From positions 576,001 to 640,000 of the forward strand of contig CAXXWX010000026.1 in the NCBI GenBank assembly GCA_963675745.2: 64,000 bases of DNA. Direction: 5' to 3'. The position numbers were made by a program, and so were the translations under genes. Positions 9,779 through 18,542 of this stretch are shown here, piece after piece (position 1 is the first letter of the stretch; each line of letters begins with the position of its first letter). The notes below the pieces were generated by a model. That model saw only the letters and a program-made list of their open reading frames with translations. It did not search any database and had not been told where the DNA came from. This DNA comes from Phycisphaerae bacterium. Its GTDB lineage: Bacteria > Planctomycetota > Phycisphaerae > UBA1845 > Fen-1342.

Positions 9779-10336
9779 TCAGCGGCGGTTGGGTAAGTCC
9801 CCTGTTTTCAACTCGAACAGCAAGCCCACTCCACCCGCGAACGAAACACCCGGAGCATGGATGTCACGGGCAATTTCGACAAAGCCGAAGTGCTTGTGGA
9901 GCGCGATGGTCACTGTGTTTTGGGCGCTTGCCACGTAGTAGACGACGCTGGTTCGTCGTGTGAGCCACTCAATTCTCGACCTGGTCAGTTCGTGGGCTAC
10001 GCCTCGGCGGCGGAACGCCGGACGCACAATCACGCCGGCGAGATACCAACCCTCTGGGATGCAGTTGGTCGGAGCGTCTGCTGATTGTCGCAGATAGGCG
10101 GTTTTTCCGAATCCCACGATTTCGCCTTTGAAGTCGGCGACCAGGATGTGTCCCGCTCCCTGAAGGAAGCTCCGCAGGCTGTCGTGATGTCGCGCTGTTT
10201 CACCCCCCTCCCGCTCCTGTGTAATCCGTGCCAGCTCCGCCACATCCGCTTCCCGCGCGGTCCGGACAATCATACCGAGCGCTTTGAGCGGGAGGTCATG
10301 CGACCTCGGATTGGAGTATTCGGCGAATTCGCTCAT
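9779..10336 (-). CDS. GNAT family N-acetyltransferase
   Basis: VIVRPAFRRRGVA acetyl-CoA motif and N..TIALHKHFGF. Confidence 0.85.
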   Translation of the reverse strand: MSEFAEYSNPRSHDLPLKALGMIVRTAREADVAELARITQEREGGETARHHDSLRSFLQGAGHILVADFKGEIVGFGKTAYLRQSADAPTNCIPEGWYLAGVIVRPAFRRRGVAHELTRSRIEWLTRRTSVVYYVASAQNTVTIALHKHFGFVEIARDIHAPGVSFAGGVGLLFELKTGDLPNRR

Positions 10337-10485
10337 TTTCAGGCCACCGCGGGGCCGCCGGGAGCGATACGAAAGCTCGCGCGAACGACCCTATCCCTAC
10401 GCAAGACGGCGGACGACGTACTCCGCAATCATCTGCGTCCATTTAGCATCGATGTCAGCCGGGCACAACCTTGCCAGCGCCGGCC

Positions 10486-13400
10486 TCAATTGTCGGCATG
10501 GTTCGCCGCGGAGCGCGCCGTTGTTTGCCCGAGCCAGCCGTACACCGCGGGGATCACGAAAAGCGTCAGCAGAGTGGAGGTCGTCAGGCCGAAGATCACC
10601 ACGATCGCCAGCGGTCGCTGCACCTCCGAGCCGATCCCGCGGGCCAGAAGTAGCGGCGTGAGACCGAGAATCGTGGTGATGGCGGTCATCAGCACCGGGC
10701 GCAGACGCAGCAACCCGCCGTCGACAAGCGCGTCGTGCAGCGACTTGCCCCGGGCCCGCAGCTCGTTGATGTAGCTCACGAGCACGACGCCGTTCTGCAC
10801 GGCGATACCGAAGAGAGCGATGAAGCCGACCGAGGCGGGCACCGACAGGTATTCGCCGGTGACGAAGAGCCCGAAGATGCCGCCGATCAACGCCAGCGGC
10901 ACGTTGATGATGATGATGAGGGCGTGACGCGTGGAGCCGAAGGACATCCAGAGCATTATGAAGACGGCGGCGATGACGATCGGCACGATAATCGACAGCC
11001 GCGCCATGGCACGTTGCTGGTTTTCAAACTGGCCGCCGTACTCGACGTAGTACCCGGGCGGGAGATCGACGTTGTCCTGGATGCGTTGCCGGATATCGGC
11101 GATGACGCCCCCCATGTCGCGGCCACGCACGTTGCCCTGGACGATCCACCGCCGTTGGTTCTTCTCACGGTTGACCTGGATCGGCCCGACGACTTCGCGC
11201 ACCTCGGCGACCTGCAAAAGTGGGATCAGCGCGCCGTCGTCGGTCTGCACGAGCGTGTTGCGGATGGAATCCGGATCGACACGACGGTCTTCCTTGAACC
11301 GCACGTGGATGCCGAAGCGGCGGGTATTCTGGTATAGCGTGTCGATGACTTCACCGCCGATGGCGAGCTCGATCAGCTCGTGGATCTGGCTGATGGCGAT
11401 TCCGTAGCGCGAGCAGGCGGCGCGGTCGGGGATGACCTGGACCTGTGGCTGCCCGAAGCTCTGCTCGACCGAGAGGTCGACGAGCCCCGGCACACCTTCG
11501 ATGGCCGCGCTGATCTCACTTGACTTGTCACGCAGGATATTCAGATCTTCGCCATACAACTTGATGGCGAGTTGGGCCTTGATGCCGGACAGCAGTTCGT
11601 CGAAGGCGTTTTGAATGGGCTGCGTGAAGTTCAATTGAACGCCGGGCCAGGAAGAAAGCTGTTCACTAAGCGCCGCGACAAGTTTCGGCTTGCTTCCGAA
11701 GCGCGACCACTCCTCGAGCGGACGAAGCTCGATGTGGACTTCGGCGTAGTTGACCGGGTGAGGATGGCTGCCCGCTTCGGGGCGACCGATGCGCGAGACG
11801 ACCTCCTCGACTTCGGGGTACTTCATGATCTCGCGCTCCAGCTTCGTCACCGTGTCGGTCGCGGTCTCGAGCGAGATGGAAGGCGCCATGACGACGCCGA
11901 TCAAGATGGAGCCCTCTTCCAGTGTGGGAATGAACTCGGTTCCGAGAAGCGGCAGCACAGCCATGCTCGCCACGAAACCGGCAAACGCAAGCGTAACGAC
12001 GATACCTTTCCGGCGAATGGCTCGTTCCAGCAACGGGCGATAGACGCCCTTGAGCTTCGTGACGAGGAATAGCTCTTTGTGTTCGCCCTGCTTGAGCAGG
12101 AATGTGGAGAGCACCGGGGCCACGACTAGTGCCGTTGCGATCGAACCCAGCAGCGCGAAGGCGATCGTGAAGGCCATCGGCGTGAACATCTTGCCTTCCA
12201 CGCCTTCGAGGGTAAATAGTGGCAGAAATACGGCGACGATGATGGCGATGGAGAACACGATCGGGCGGCTCACTTCCCGCGCAGCGCGGAGAATGACGTC
12301 GGTCTTGTTTTTGGCCGTGTTCGCGGGGTCGTTCAGGTGACGGTAGATGTTCTCCACCATGACGATCGCCCCATCACCCAACATGCCGATCGCGATGGCG
12401 ATGCCGCCCAGTGACATCAGGTTGGCGGAGATGCCGTTGATCCCCATGCAGACAACCGCCACCAGCGCGCAGATCGGCAGGCTGAGCACGACGATGAACG
12501 CCGTCCGGACGTTTCCCAGAAAGACAACGAGCGTCAGGAGAACCAGCGCCGCACCCTGTAGCAGCGCCTTTTTGACGGTCCACGTGGCCTGCTCCACGAG
12601 TTCCGCCTGCTCGTAGTACGGGATGAGCGATACGCCGGCCGGCAGCGAGGCGCGGACGCTGTCCACCTTCTTGTAGAGGCGTTCGATGACCTCCGACGTG
12701 TTCTCGCCGAACAGCTTCAGGACGATGCCGGAGACGACCTCGGCTTGGCCGTTGTGGCTGACGACACCGCGGCGGATCTCGTTTCCGTAGGCGACTTCGG
12801 CCACATCGGACAACCGGATGGCAACGCCGTTTTCCACCTTGATCGGAATGCCGCGAATGTCCTCCAGGTCTTCGAGCAGGCCCAGCCCGCGCACGAGGGA
12901 TTCCTCCGAACCGATGACCAGGAATTGCCCGCCGACATTGGCATTGTTCGACCGCACGGCTTCCACCAGGTCGTCAAGTGACAGGCGGTAACGCAACAAG
13001 GCATCGGGGTCCACGCGGATCTGATACTGTAGCACGTGACCGCCGATTGAGAGAATGTCCGTCACACCCGGCGTCGTCTTCAACTGGAACTTGACAACCC
13101 AATCGTTGAGTTCGCGGAGGTAGGTGTTGGCGTCCTTGCCCGCCGTATCGACGGTGTCGTCGAGGGTCAGGTAGTAGATGAAGATCTGGCCGAGACCGGT
13201 GGAAATCGGTCCCAGCGCAGGCGGTTCGTCCATCTCGGGAAGTTCAGACATTGCGCTGGCGAGTCGTTCGGCGACGAGCTGCCGCGCGAAGTACATGTCG
13301 ACGCTGTCCCGGAAATAGACGTACACCACCGCCATCCCGAACGCCGACGTGGACTTGATCTGCGTAACGCCCGGCAGACCATTCATGGCGGACTCAATCG

Positions 13401-13602
13401 GATAGGTGATGAGCCGCTCGATCTCCTCCGGGGCCATGCCGTGGCCTTCGGCAAAGATGGGGACCATGATGGGTGAGATGTCAGGGAAGGCGTCAACGGG
13501 CATCCGCGTGTATTCGTAGGTCCCGTAGGCAATCACGGCGATGACCGCGATAATCACCAGCCCCCTGGCTTTGAGGGATGCTTCAACAAGTCCACTGATC
13601 AT
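10486..13602 (-). CDS. czcA: Heavy-metal efflux RND permease (CzcA/CusA family)
   Basis: PVDAFPDISP, NLMSLGGIAIAIGMLGDGAIVMVEN, SVGFIALFGIAVQNG, RLRPVLMTA, GSEVQRPLA. Confidence 0.93.
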   Translation of the reverse strand: MISGLVEASLKARGLVIIAVIAVIAYGTYEYTRMPVDAFPDISPIMVPIFAEGHGMAPEEIERLITYPIESAMNGLPGVTQIKSTSAFGMAVVYVYFRDSVDMYFARQLVAERLASAMSELPEMDEPPALGPISTGLGQIFIYYLTLDDTVDTAGKDANTYLRELNDWVVKFQLKTTPGVTDILSIGGHVLQYQIRVDPDALLRYRLSLDDLVEAVRSNNANVGGQFLVIGSEESLVRGLGLLEDLEDIRGIPIKVENGVAIRLSDVAEVAYGNEIRRGVVSHNGQAEVVSGIVLKLFGENTSEVIERLYKKVDSVRASLPAGVSLIPYYEQAELVEQATWTVKKALLQGAALVLLTLVVFLGNVRTAFIVVLSLPICALVAVVCMGINGISANLMSLGGIAIAIGMLGDGAIVMVENIYRHLNDPANTAKNKTDVILRAAREVSRPIVFSIAIIVAVFLPLFTLEGVEGKMFTPMAFTIAFALLGSIATALVVAPVLSTFLLKQGEHKELFLVTKLKGVYRPLLERAIRRKGIVVTLAFAGFVASMAVLPLLGTEFIPTLEEGSILIGVVMAPSISLETATDTVTKLEREIMKYPEVEEVVSRIGRPEAGSHPHPVNYAEVHIELRPLEEWSRFGSKPKLVAALSEQLSSWPGVQLNFTQPIQNAFDELLSGIKAQLAIKLYGEDLNILRDKSSEISAAIEGVPGLVDLSVEQSFGQPQVQVIPDRAACSRYGIAISQIHELIELAIGGEVIDTLYQNTRRFGIHVRFKEDRRVDPDSIRNTLVQTDDGALIPLLQVAEVREVVGPIQVNREKNQRRWIVQGNVRGRDMGGVIADIRQRIQDNVDLPPGYYVEYGGQFENQQRAMARLSIIVPIVIAAVFIMLWMSFGSTRHALIIIINVPLALIGGIFGLFVTGEYLSVPASVGFIALFGIAVQNGVVLVSYINELRARGKSLHDALVDGGLLRLRPVLMTAITTILGLTPLLLARGIGSEVQRPLAIVVIFGLTTSTLLTLFVIPAVYGWLGQTTARSAANHADN

Positions 13603-13660
13603 CTAACCATCCTCGCGCGCGGCCGGCGGTCGCGCATGGGCTGTGGGCGGGTGCCGCCGA

Positions 13661-15472
13661 CTAGTGTCCGTGTCCGGCGTGGGCATCCAGACCACTGGTG
13701 ACGATTTTCGCCTTCAGCTCAAACGCGCCGCGCGTGACAAAACGCTGGCCGGGTGAAAGACCGGCGAGAACTTCGACGTGGCTGGTGTTGGCGCGTCCGA
13801 GCCTGACCGGGACGGGCTTGAGGCCCTCGCTCGTGTCGAGGAAGACAACCTGTTCCTCGTCCATTCTCTGAATCGCGGATTTGGGCACCACAACCGCGGC
13901 GCTGTCTTCTCCGAACGCGAGTTCCGCGTTGACGAATAGTCCGGGGCGCCAGTCTCCGCTCGGGTTGGGAAGCACGACGCGCGCCAGTGCCGTGCGCGTC
14001 ATTTCGTCCACCACGGGCGAAACGTACGCGATCACGCCCTCTGTACCGGGCAGGCCGGCGCCGGCGAAAATCGCAACGCTCAGACCTTCCTTCACGTAGG
14101 CCAAATCCTTTTGGTATACGGCGATGTTCACCCACACCGAGCTCAGGTCAGCCACCGTGAACGCGTCGGAGTCGTCGCCGTGTTTTTCGCCCAGCGTCAA
14201 GTGCTTCTCGATCACGCGGCCATCGAACGGGGCGCGCAGCGGATACCAGGCAAGCTTCTGTTCATCCGCAGGACTGACGGAGTCGACGCCCGTGCCGGCC
14301 TCGTTTGCGGCCGGCGGGCAGTTCTTGCAGTTCGGGTCAGTGCATTGGTGGTGCGCGGGCGCAGGCGCCGGCGAGAGCTGGACGCGCGCGCGCAGGTCCG
14401 CCGTCTCAGCGGCGCTGAGCCCCAGGACGGAGAGGCGTTGTTCGGCACCCTGCAGCTCGATCTTGCGGACCTGCTGGGTCCGCTCGGCTTCTAGAAGATC
14501 GCGCTGAACCTTGAAGGCGATGCTGTCGCGTGTTGCGGAGTAGAGTGCGTCGGCCTTCCTGTATTCCGCTTCGGCGGCCTGAAAGTCACGCTCGCTCGCC
14601 AGTTCCTTCGCCAGCAGTTGCTTTTCACGCTTGTACGCCGCCTCGGCATAGACGAGAGCGGCGTAGGCCGAAACGAGATCGCTGCGATTCTCACCCGTGG
14701 CGCCGCTGCTCATGTCACGGAGCATCTCCAGCGACGGAGACGAGTCGAGGGTTTCCAGGAACTCAAGCGTGTTGCGGTGCACTTCCCGGGCGCGCGATAA
14801 ATCCAGAACACAGCAGCCGAACTCGGCCCACTTGGCAAGGTAATCGACCTTCGCGGCGCCCAACTCGGCGCTTTCGAGCCAGGCCATCACCTCTCCGGCG
14901 CGCACGGTGTCACCCACACTCTTGAAAACTTCGCGAACGATGCCCGGCGCGCGCGGAACGATGTGCGCTACCCGATCGGCATTGAGCGCGACTTCGCCGG
15001 GCAGGCTGATCCGCGTCACCAGCTTTCCCGGACCGGCCTCCGCGAGCTCGACGCCGAACCGCGCCATCTCCTCCGCGCTGAGCTGGACGAAGGACTCATC
15101 ACCATGGTCGTCATGACCGGCGTGGCTGTCAGGGTCTTCAGCGTGCTCATCGTGTATGTCATCGCCGTGGTCGTGAACATCTGCGGGTCCATGGTCGTCG
15201 TCACCATGGTCATGACCTGCCATCTGATGATCGTCGCTGTCGCCGTCAACATCCTGATGAGCATGGTCGTCGTGATCATCAATGTCTTCGTTCCGGCGCT
15301 CAGCGGATCCGTGCAGGTCCTGCACGTCGTTGTCATCGTGGTCATGCGCCAGGGTGCCGCCGATCCGGCTCTGGAGCAGGCCGCGCGACTGGGCCAGTTG
15401 CAGCCCGCCGGCGCCGGCCAATGCGCCAAACGCCGCGGCGAACGCTACTATGCTTATCCTCATGTAGTTCAT
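13661..15472 (-). CDS. czcB: RND periplasmic adaptor (CzcB-like) with His/Asp-rich N-terminus
   Basis: LPGEVALNAD..HIVPRAPG, LRAPFDG.VIEK, ADLSSVWV, TRTALARVVLPN..G.WRPGLFV; ends HAGHGH. Confidence 0.88.
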   Translation of the reverse strand: MNYMRISIVAFAAAFGALAGAGGLQLAQSRGLLQSRIGGTLAHDHDDNDVQDLHGSAERRNEDIDDHDDHAHQDVDGDSDDHQMAGHDHGDDDHGPADVHDHGDDIHDEHAEDPDSHAGHDDHGDESFVQLSAEEMARFGVELAEAGPGKLVTRISLPGEVALNADRVAHIVPRAPGIVREVFKSVGDTVRAGEVMAWLESAELGAAKVDYLAKWAEFGCCVLDLSRAREVHRNTLEFLETLDSSPSLEMLRDMSSGATGENRSDLVSAYAALVYAEAAYKREKQLLAKELASERDFQAAEAEYRKADALYSATRDSIAFKVQRDLLEAERTQQVRKIELQGAEQRLSVLGLSAAETADLRARVQLSPAPAPAHHQCTDPNCKNCPPAANEAGTGVDSVSPADEQKLAWYPLRAPFDGRVIEKHLTLGEKHGDDSDAFTVADLSSVWVNIAVYQKDLAYVKEGLSVAIFAGAGLPGTEGVIAYVSPVVDEMTRTALARVVLPNPSGDWRPGLFVNAELAFGEDSAAVVVPKSAIQRMDEEQVVFLDTSEGLKPVPVRLGRANTSHVEVLAGLSPGQRFVTRGAFELKAKIVTSGLDAHAGHGH

Positions 15473-15507
15473 CTCATCATCTCCAGGCTGTGCCTAGGCC
15501 GCACAGT

Positions 15508-15672
15508 TCACAGAAGCCAGGCCGCGAGCGCCGATCGTGCGAAATCGGCGGTGAATTCCTGTAACGTCTCGACGCCGATGGGCGCGCAGCCCGCAAGTAG
15601 AAGCGTCAGCGGCAAGCTCAGTGCAACCAGAACTCCGTGGCGTCTCACTCCACGGGCGATATGCTCTCTCAC
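15508..15672 (-). CDS. Small lipoprotein-like protein (about 54 aa) inside the czc operon
   Basis: GTG start overlaps the czcC TGA (GTGA); hydrophobic stretch with LLAGC; amphipathic tail EFTADFARSALAAWLL. Confidence 0.55.
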   Translation of the reverse strand: MREHIARGVRRHGVLVALSLPLTLLLAGCAPIGVETLQEFTADFARSALAAWLL

Positions 15673-17252
15673 GGCTTCACTCCATCTCTGGGCTGAATGC
15701 ATTCAGTGCCGGCATTGGCGGGTCCACTCGTTGGCCCAGCCGGCTGTCGCGCGGGGCGCGCATCGGCCGGTTTGGAATCTCGGTACAACTCCCCCAACGG
15801 TAGCCCGACCGCGCGTTCCAACTCGGGCAACACGGTCGCGGCGGCTTGCAGCGCCTTGGCATGGCTGTCGCGCGCCGCCAGGTAGGTCCGTTCGGCGTCC
15901 AACACCGAGAGGATCGACGCCTTGCCCGCGTGGTACGACTCGCGCGACATTTCCAGACTCTGTTGCGCCTGTGGAACCACCTCATCGCGGTAAAAACGCG
16001 CGATCCTCCACGCGGTCAGCGCCTGGTCCGCCGCCCCGCGCACCTCCTGGCGGATCGAGCGTTCCAAGCCGGCAAGCAGCCGCTGGGCTTGCTCATACTC
16101 GAACCGCGCGCGGGCGATTTGCGCCTGGTTCTGGTCAAAGATCGGCAACTCCAGGGACAGGCTCGGTCCAATCACGAAATCGGTGTTCACCCGCCGGGCC
16201 GAGCGCGGCTCGATCCCCGGCGCTGTAAGTCGGCCCGATGCGATGGACGCCCGCGCGGTGTCGGCGAGCAAGTCTCGGTCTTCAGCCCGACCGCGTTCGC
16301 CGCGTTCCAGCGCTACTCCCAGTTCCAGCGTGGGGAAGACCCGCCGGTATTCGAGCTCCAGACGCTGCTCCGCCATCAACGTGGCGTGGCGAGTGGCGCG
16401 CAGGTCCAGACGTTCACGCAGGGCAATCTCCAACAGCCGATCCGTGTCCGGATCGAGCGCCGGAGCGACCGGCGTCGCGTCCAGGAGCACCAGCTCGTCG
16501 GCGTCCATGGACACTCCGAGCACCTCGGCCAACGAGCGGCGGGCATTCCCGGACGCGAGGCGCGCCCGTTGGGCGGCGAGGTCGGATTCGAGCACAATGC
16601 CGCGCGCGAGGTTGACGTCCAACTCGTTGCCCGCACCGGCCGTGCGGCGGAACTCGGTCAACTCGAGAATGGTGCGGGCGACTTCCTGGTTTTCGTGCGC
16701 GATGGTCAGGCGATGATCGGCGCCGAGCGCGGCGTAGTACGCGGCCTTGGCACGCGCTGCGGTTTCGGCGGCCAGTTGGGCGACGTCGAGTATGGCGCGA
16801 TCAACCGCGTGCTCAGCAGCACGCCGGCGAAACGGGAGTTGCCACAGCTCGGCTATGTTCTGCGCCAGATCCGCCTCGAAACTGGCCAACCCGCCGGCGG
16901 AAGGTAGACGCAACGCCAACCCGAGCGACGGATTCGACAGCAGGCCGGACTGAACGACATCGGCTCGGGCGACGCCGATGTCGTAAAACGCGGCCTGCAA
17001 ACGCGGATTGTTCAGCAACGCGACCGCCGCAGCCTCGTCGGCGGTAACGCCGTCGTCGAGCAATTCGGCCACTCGCGCCACGACTAGTTCTTCGTCGTCT
17101 GGTCGGAACGGCTGCGCGAACCCGGTGGCCCGCTCGATCGTCTCGGCGGCCCGCTGGTAATCGTGCCGTGGATCGACCATCGCGCAACCGCTGAGCAGCG
17201 CGGGCGGGATAAGCACCGTAACGAGAAGGACGCCGCGAGGAAATTGAATCAT
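15669..17252 (-). CDS. czcC: TolC-family outer membrane channel (CzcC-like)
   Basis: Lipobox LLSGC after ATG 17252; ALLNNPRLQ, GLLSNP, LSLELPIFDQNQ..IARA, YHAGKASILSVLDA. Confidence 0.88.
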   Translation of the reverse strand: MIQFPRGVLLVTVLIPPALLSGCAMVDPRHDYQRAAETIERATGFAQPFRPDDEELVVARVAELLDDGVTADEAAAVALLNNPRLQAAFYDIGVARADVVQSGLLSNPSLGLALRLPSAGGLASFEADLAQNIAELWQLPFRRRAAEHAVDRAILDVAQLAAETAARAKAAYYAALGADHRLTIAHENQEVARTILELTEFRRTAGAGNELDVNLARGIVLESDLAAQRARLASGNARRSLAEVLGVSMDADELVLLDATPVAPALDPDTDRLLEIALRERLDLRATRHATLMAEQRLELEYRRVFPTLELGVALERGERGRAEDRDLLADTARASIASGRLTAPGIEPRSARRVNTDFVIGPSLSLELPIFDQNQAQIARARFEYEQAQRLLAGLERSIRQEVRGAADQALTAWRIARFYRDEVVPQAQQSLEMSRESYHAGKASILSVLDAERTYLAARDSHAKALQAAATVLPELERAVGLPLGELYRDSKPADARPARQPAGPTSGPANAGTECIQPRDGVKP

Positions 17253-17370
17253 GCTTATTGACCCGCTGGTAAACACCGACGCGATTGAAGCCGAACCAAC
17301 CGGGAATCTCGCGCAGGCTGAGAATGCCAGCGCACCCGGCCACAACGATCGTCTCAGATGTTCGATGGGA

Positions 17371-17709
17371 TCAAAGTAGAAGCGGCAGGTCGCTGGAGTG
17401 AGTAGTGCACGCCTGACCTGACTGCCGGTCCGCCGACCAGCGCCCGCGCGCAAGGTTGTCGCTCATCTCCTGCGCGGATGGCGCGATGCAGGGTGGCGCC
17501 GGCGCGATCAGAAAGTCAGGCCGGGCCGGCGCTGCGTTGTTGCGCAGCGCGACGACCTGCTGGCACGGGTCCGGCGTGCAGTCGCAGTCAGTGCTGCACG
17601 CCTCATCCGGGCAATCACAGTCATGAGCCAACAGGCCCCCGCCGCACAACGTCGGCAGAAGCACCAGCGTCCAAACGGTGGCCAAAATGACTGCGGTGCG
17701 AGCAAACAT
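17371..17709 (-). CDS. Small exported Cys/His-rich protein leading the czc operon
   Basis: Signal/TM segment then HDCDCPDEACSTDCDCTPDPC; same strand and directly upstream of czcC. Confidence 0.65.
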   Translation of the reverse strand: MFARTAVILATVWTLVLLPTLCGGGLLAHDCDCPDEACSTDCDCTPDPCQQVVALRNNAAPARPDFLIAPAPPCIAPSAQEMSDNLARGRWSADRQSGQACTTHSSDLPLLL

Positions 17710-17743
17710 GTCATCAGTGACTATATGCACCGCGTTGGTGATG

Positions 17744-18118
17744 TCAATCTGGCGGACTGACGGCGGGACACGCGACGGAAATTATCAGAGCCCGGCGCCG
17801 CTCGCTCGCTGACGCCGGCGAAGCGAAGTGGCGATAACCAGGGTCGTGTACACGCAATTCGTCGAGCCCTGGCATGGCCCACAGGTCTCCCGCTTCGCGG
17901 TGATCCTCCGGCCTGACCGGCCGCAGAAAGTCGTTTGACGTTCCGGCTTGCGCTGAACGACCGGGCCATGCGGAACCGGCTTCCGCGCCGCGGTATTGCA
18001 CGGCACGCGTGTCCTCCCCTGCGATGGCTCCGCCGGCAATGTAGGACCCCGTCACCAAGATTAGAGAGAATGAGGCCGTACACACGACCAGGTACGTACG
18101 TGTACGAAGCCGCTTCAT
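17744..18118 (-). CDS. Hypothetical exported protein
   Basis: Basic N-terminus plus hydrophobic stretch; no recognisable domain. Confidence 0.35.
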   Translation of the reverse strand: MKRLRTRTYLVVCTASFSLILVTGSYIAGGAIAGEDTRAVQYRGAEAGSAWPGRSAQAGTSNDFLRPVRPEDHREAGDLWAMPGLDELRVHDPGYRHFASPASASERRRALIISVACPAVSPPD

Positions 18119-18542
18119 GCCGGTTTTCCAACGAGAGTTGGTGCCCTACACCCGCGCAGGTTGCAGGACGAGTCCTGGATTGGCGAAATGCGATACAGTT
18201 TGTCCTATGTCCACAGCCGCCGCGGCGTTCGTTAACACCCTGACTATCTTGCACACGCGTAACGTTCTTGGGGTTGGCCGCGCGGCGTCGGTCAGGCCAG
18301 AGATAGCCGGCGCGGCCCAACTTCGCGCTTTCACGCGCGGTCCGATCTGGTATCATGTGTGTATTCCGCTGACACGGGCGATTTCGGCGGACGCGACGGC
18401 CAAGCGAACGGCTTGGCATAACGTCGTATCACTGGCCTGCCGGGCCGGTGACTGCCGCATTTCACCGAAACCCCCCCATCAGTTCTGTAGCAGTCTAGCC
18501 AGGTGGTCCGTTCGTGGCCGCTCGCTGAAGGAGGAACATGCC

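Noticed and set aside
9704..9800. GNAT gene as an integron cassette (ACCCAAC near its stop fits RYYYAAC)
   Set aside because: No matching GTTRRRY or attC palindrome downstream, and no integrase.
18117..18542. 142-aa N-terminal extension of the 1783-aa ORF
   Set aside because: The SD, the signal peptide and the leader shared with the paralog place the start at 18543.
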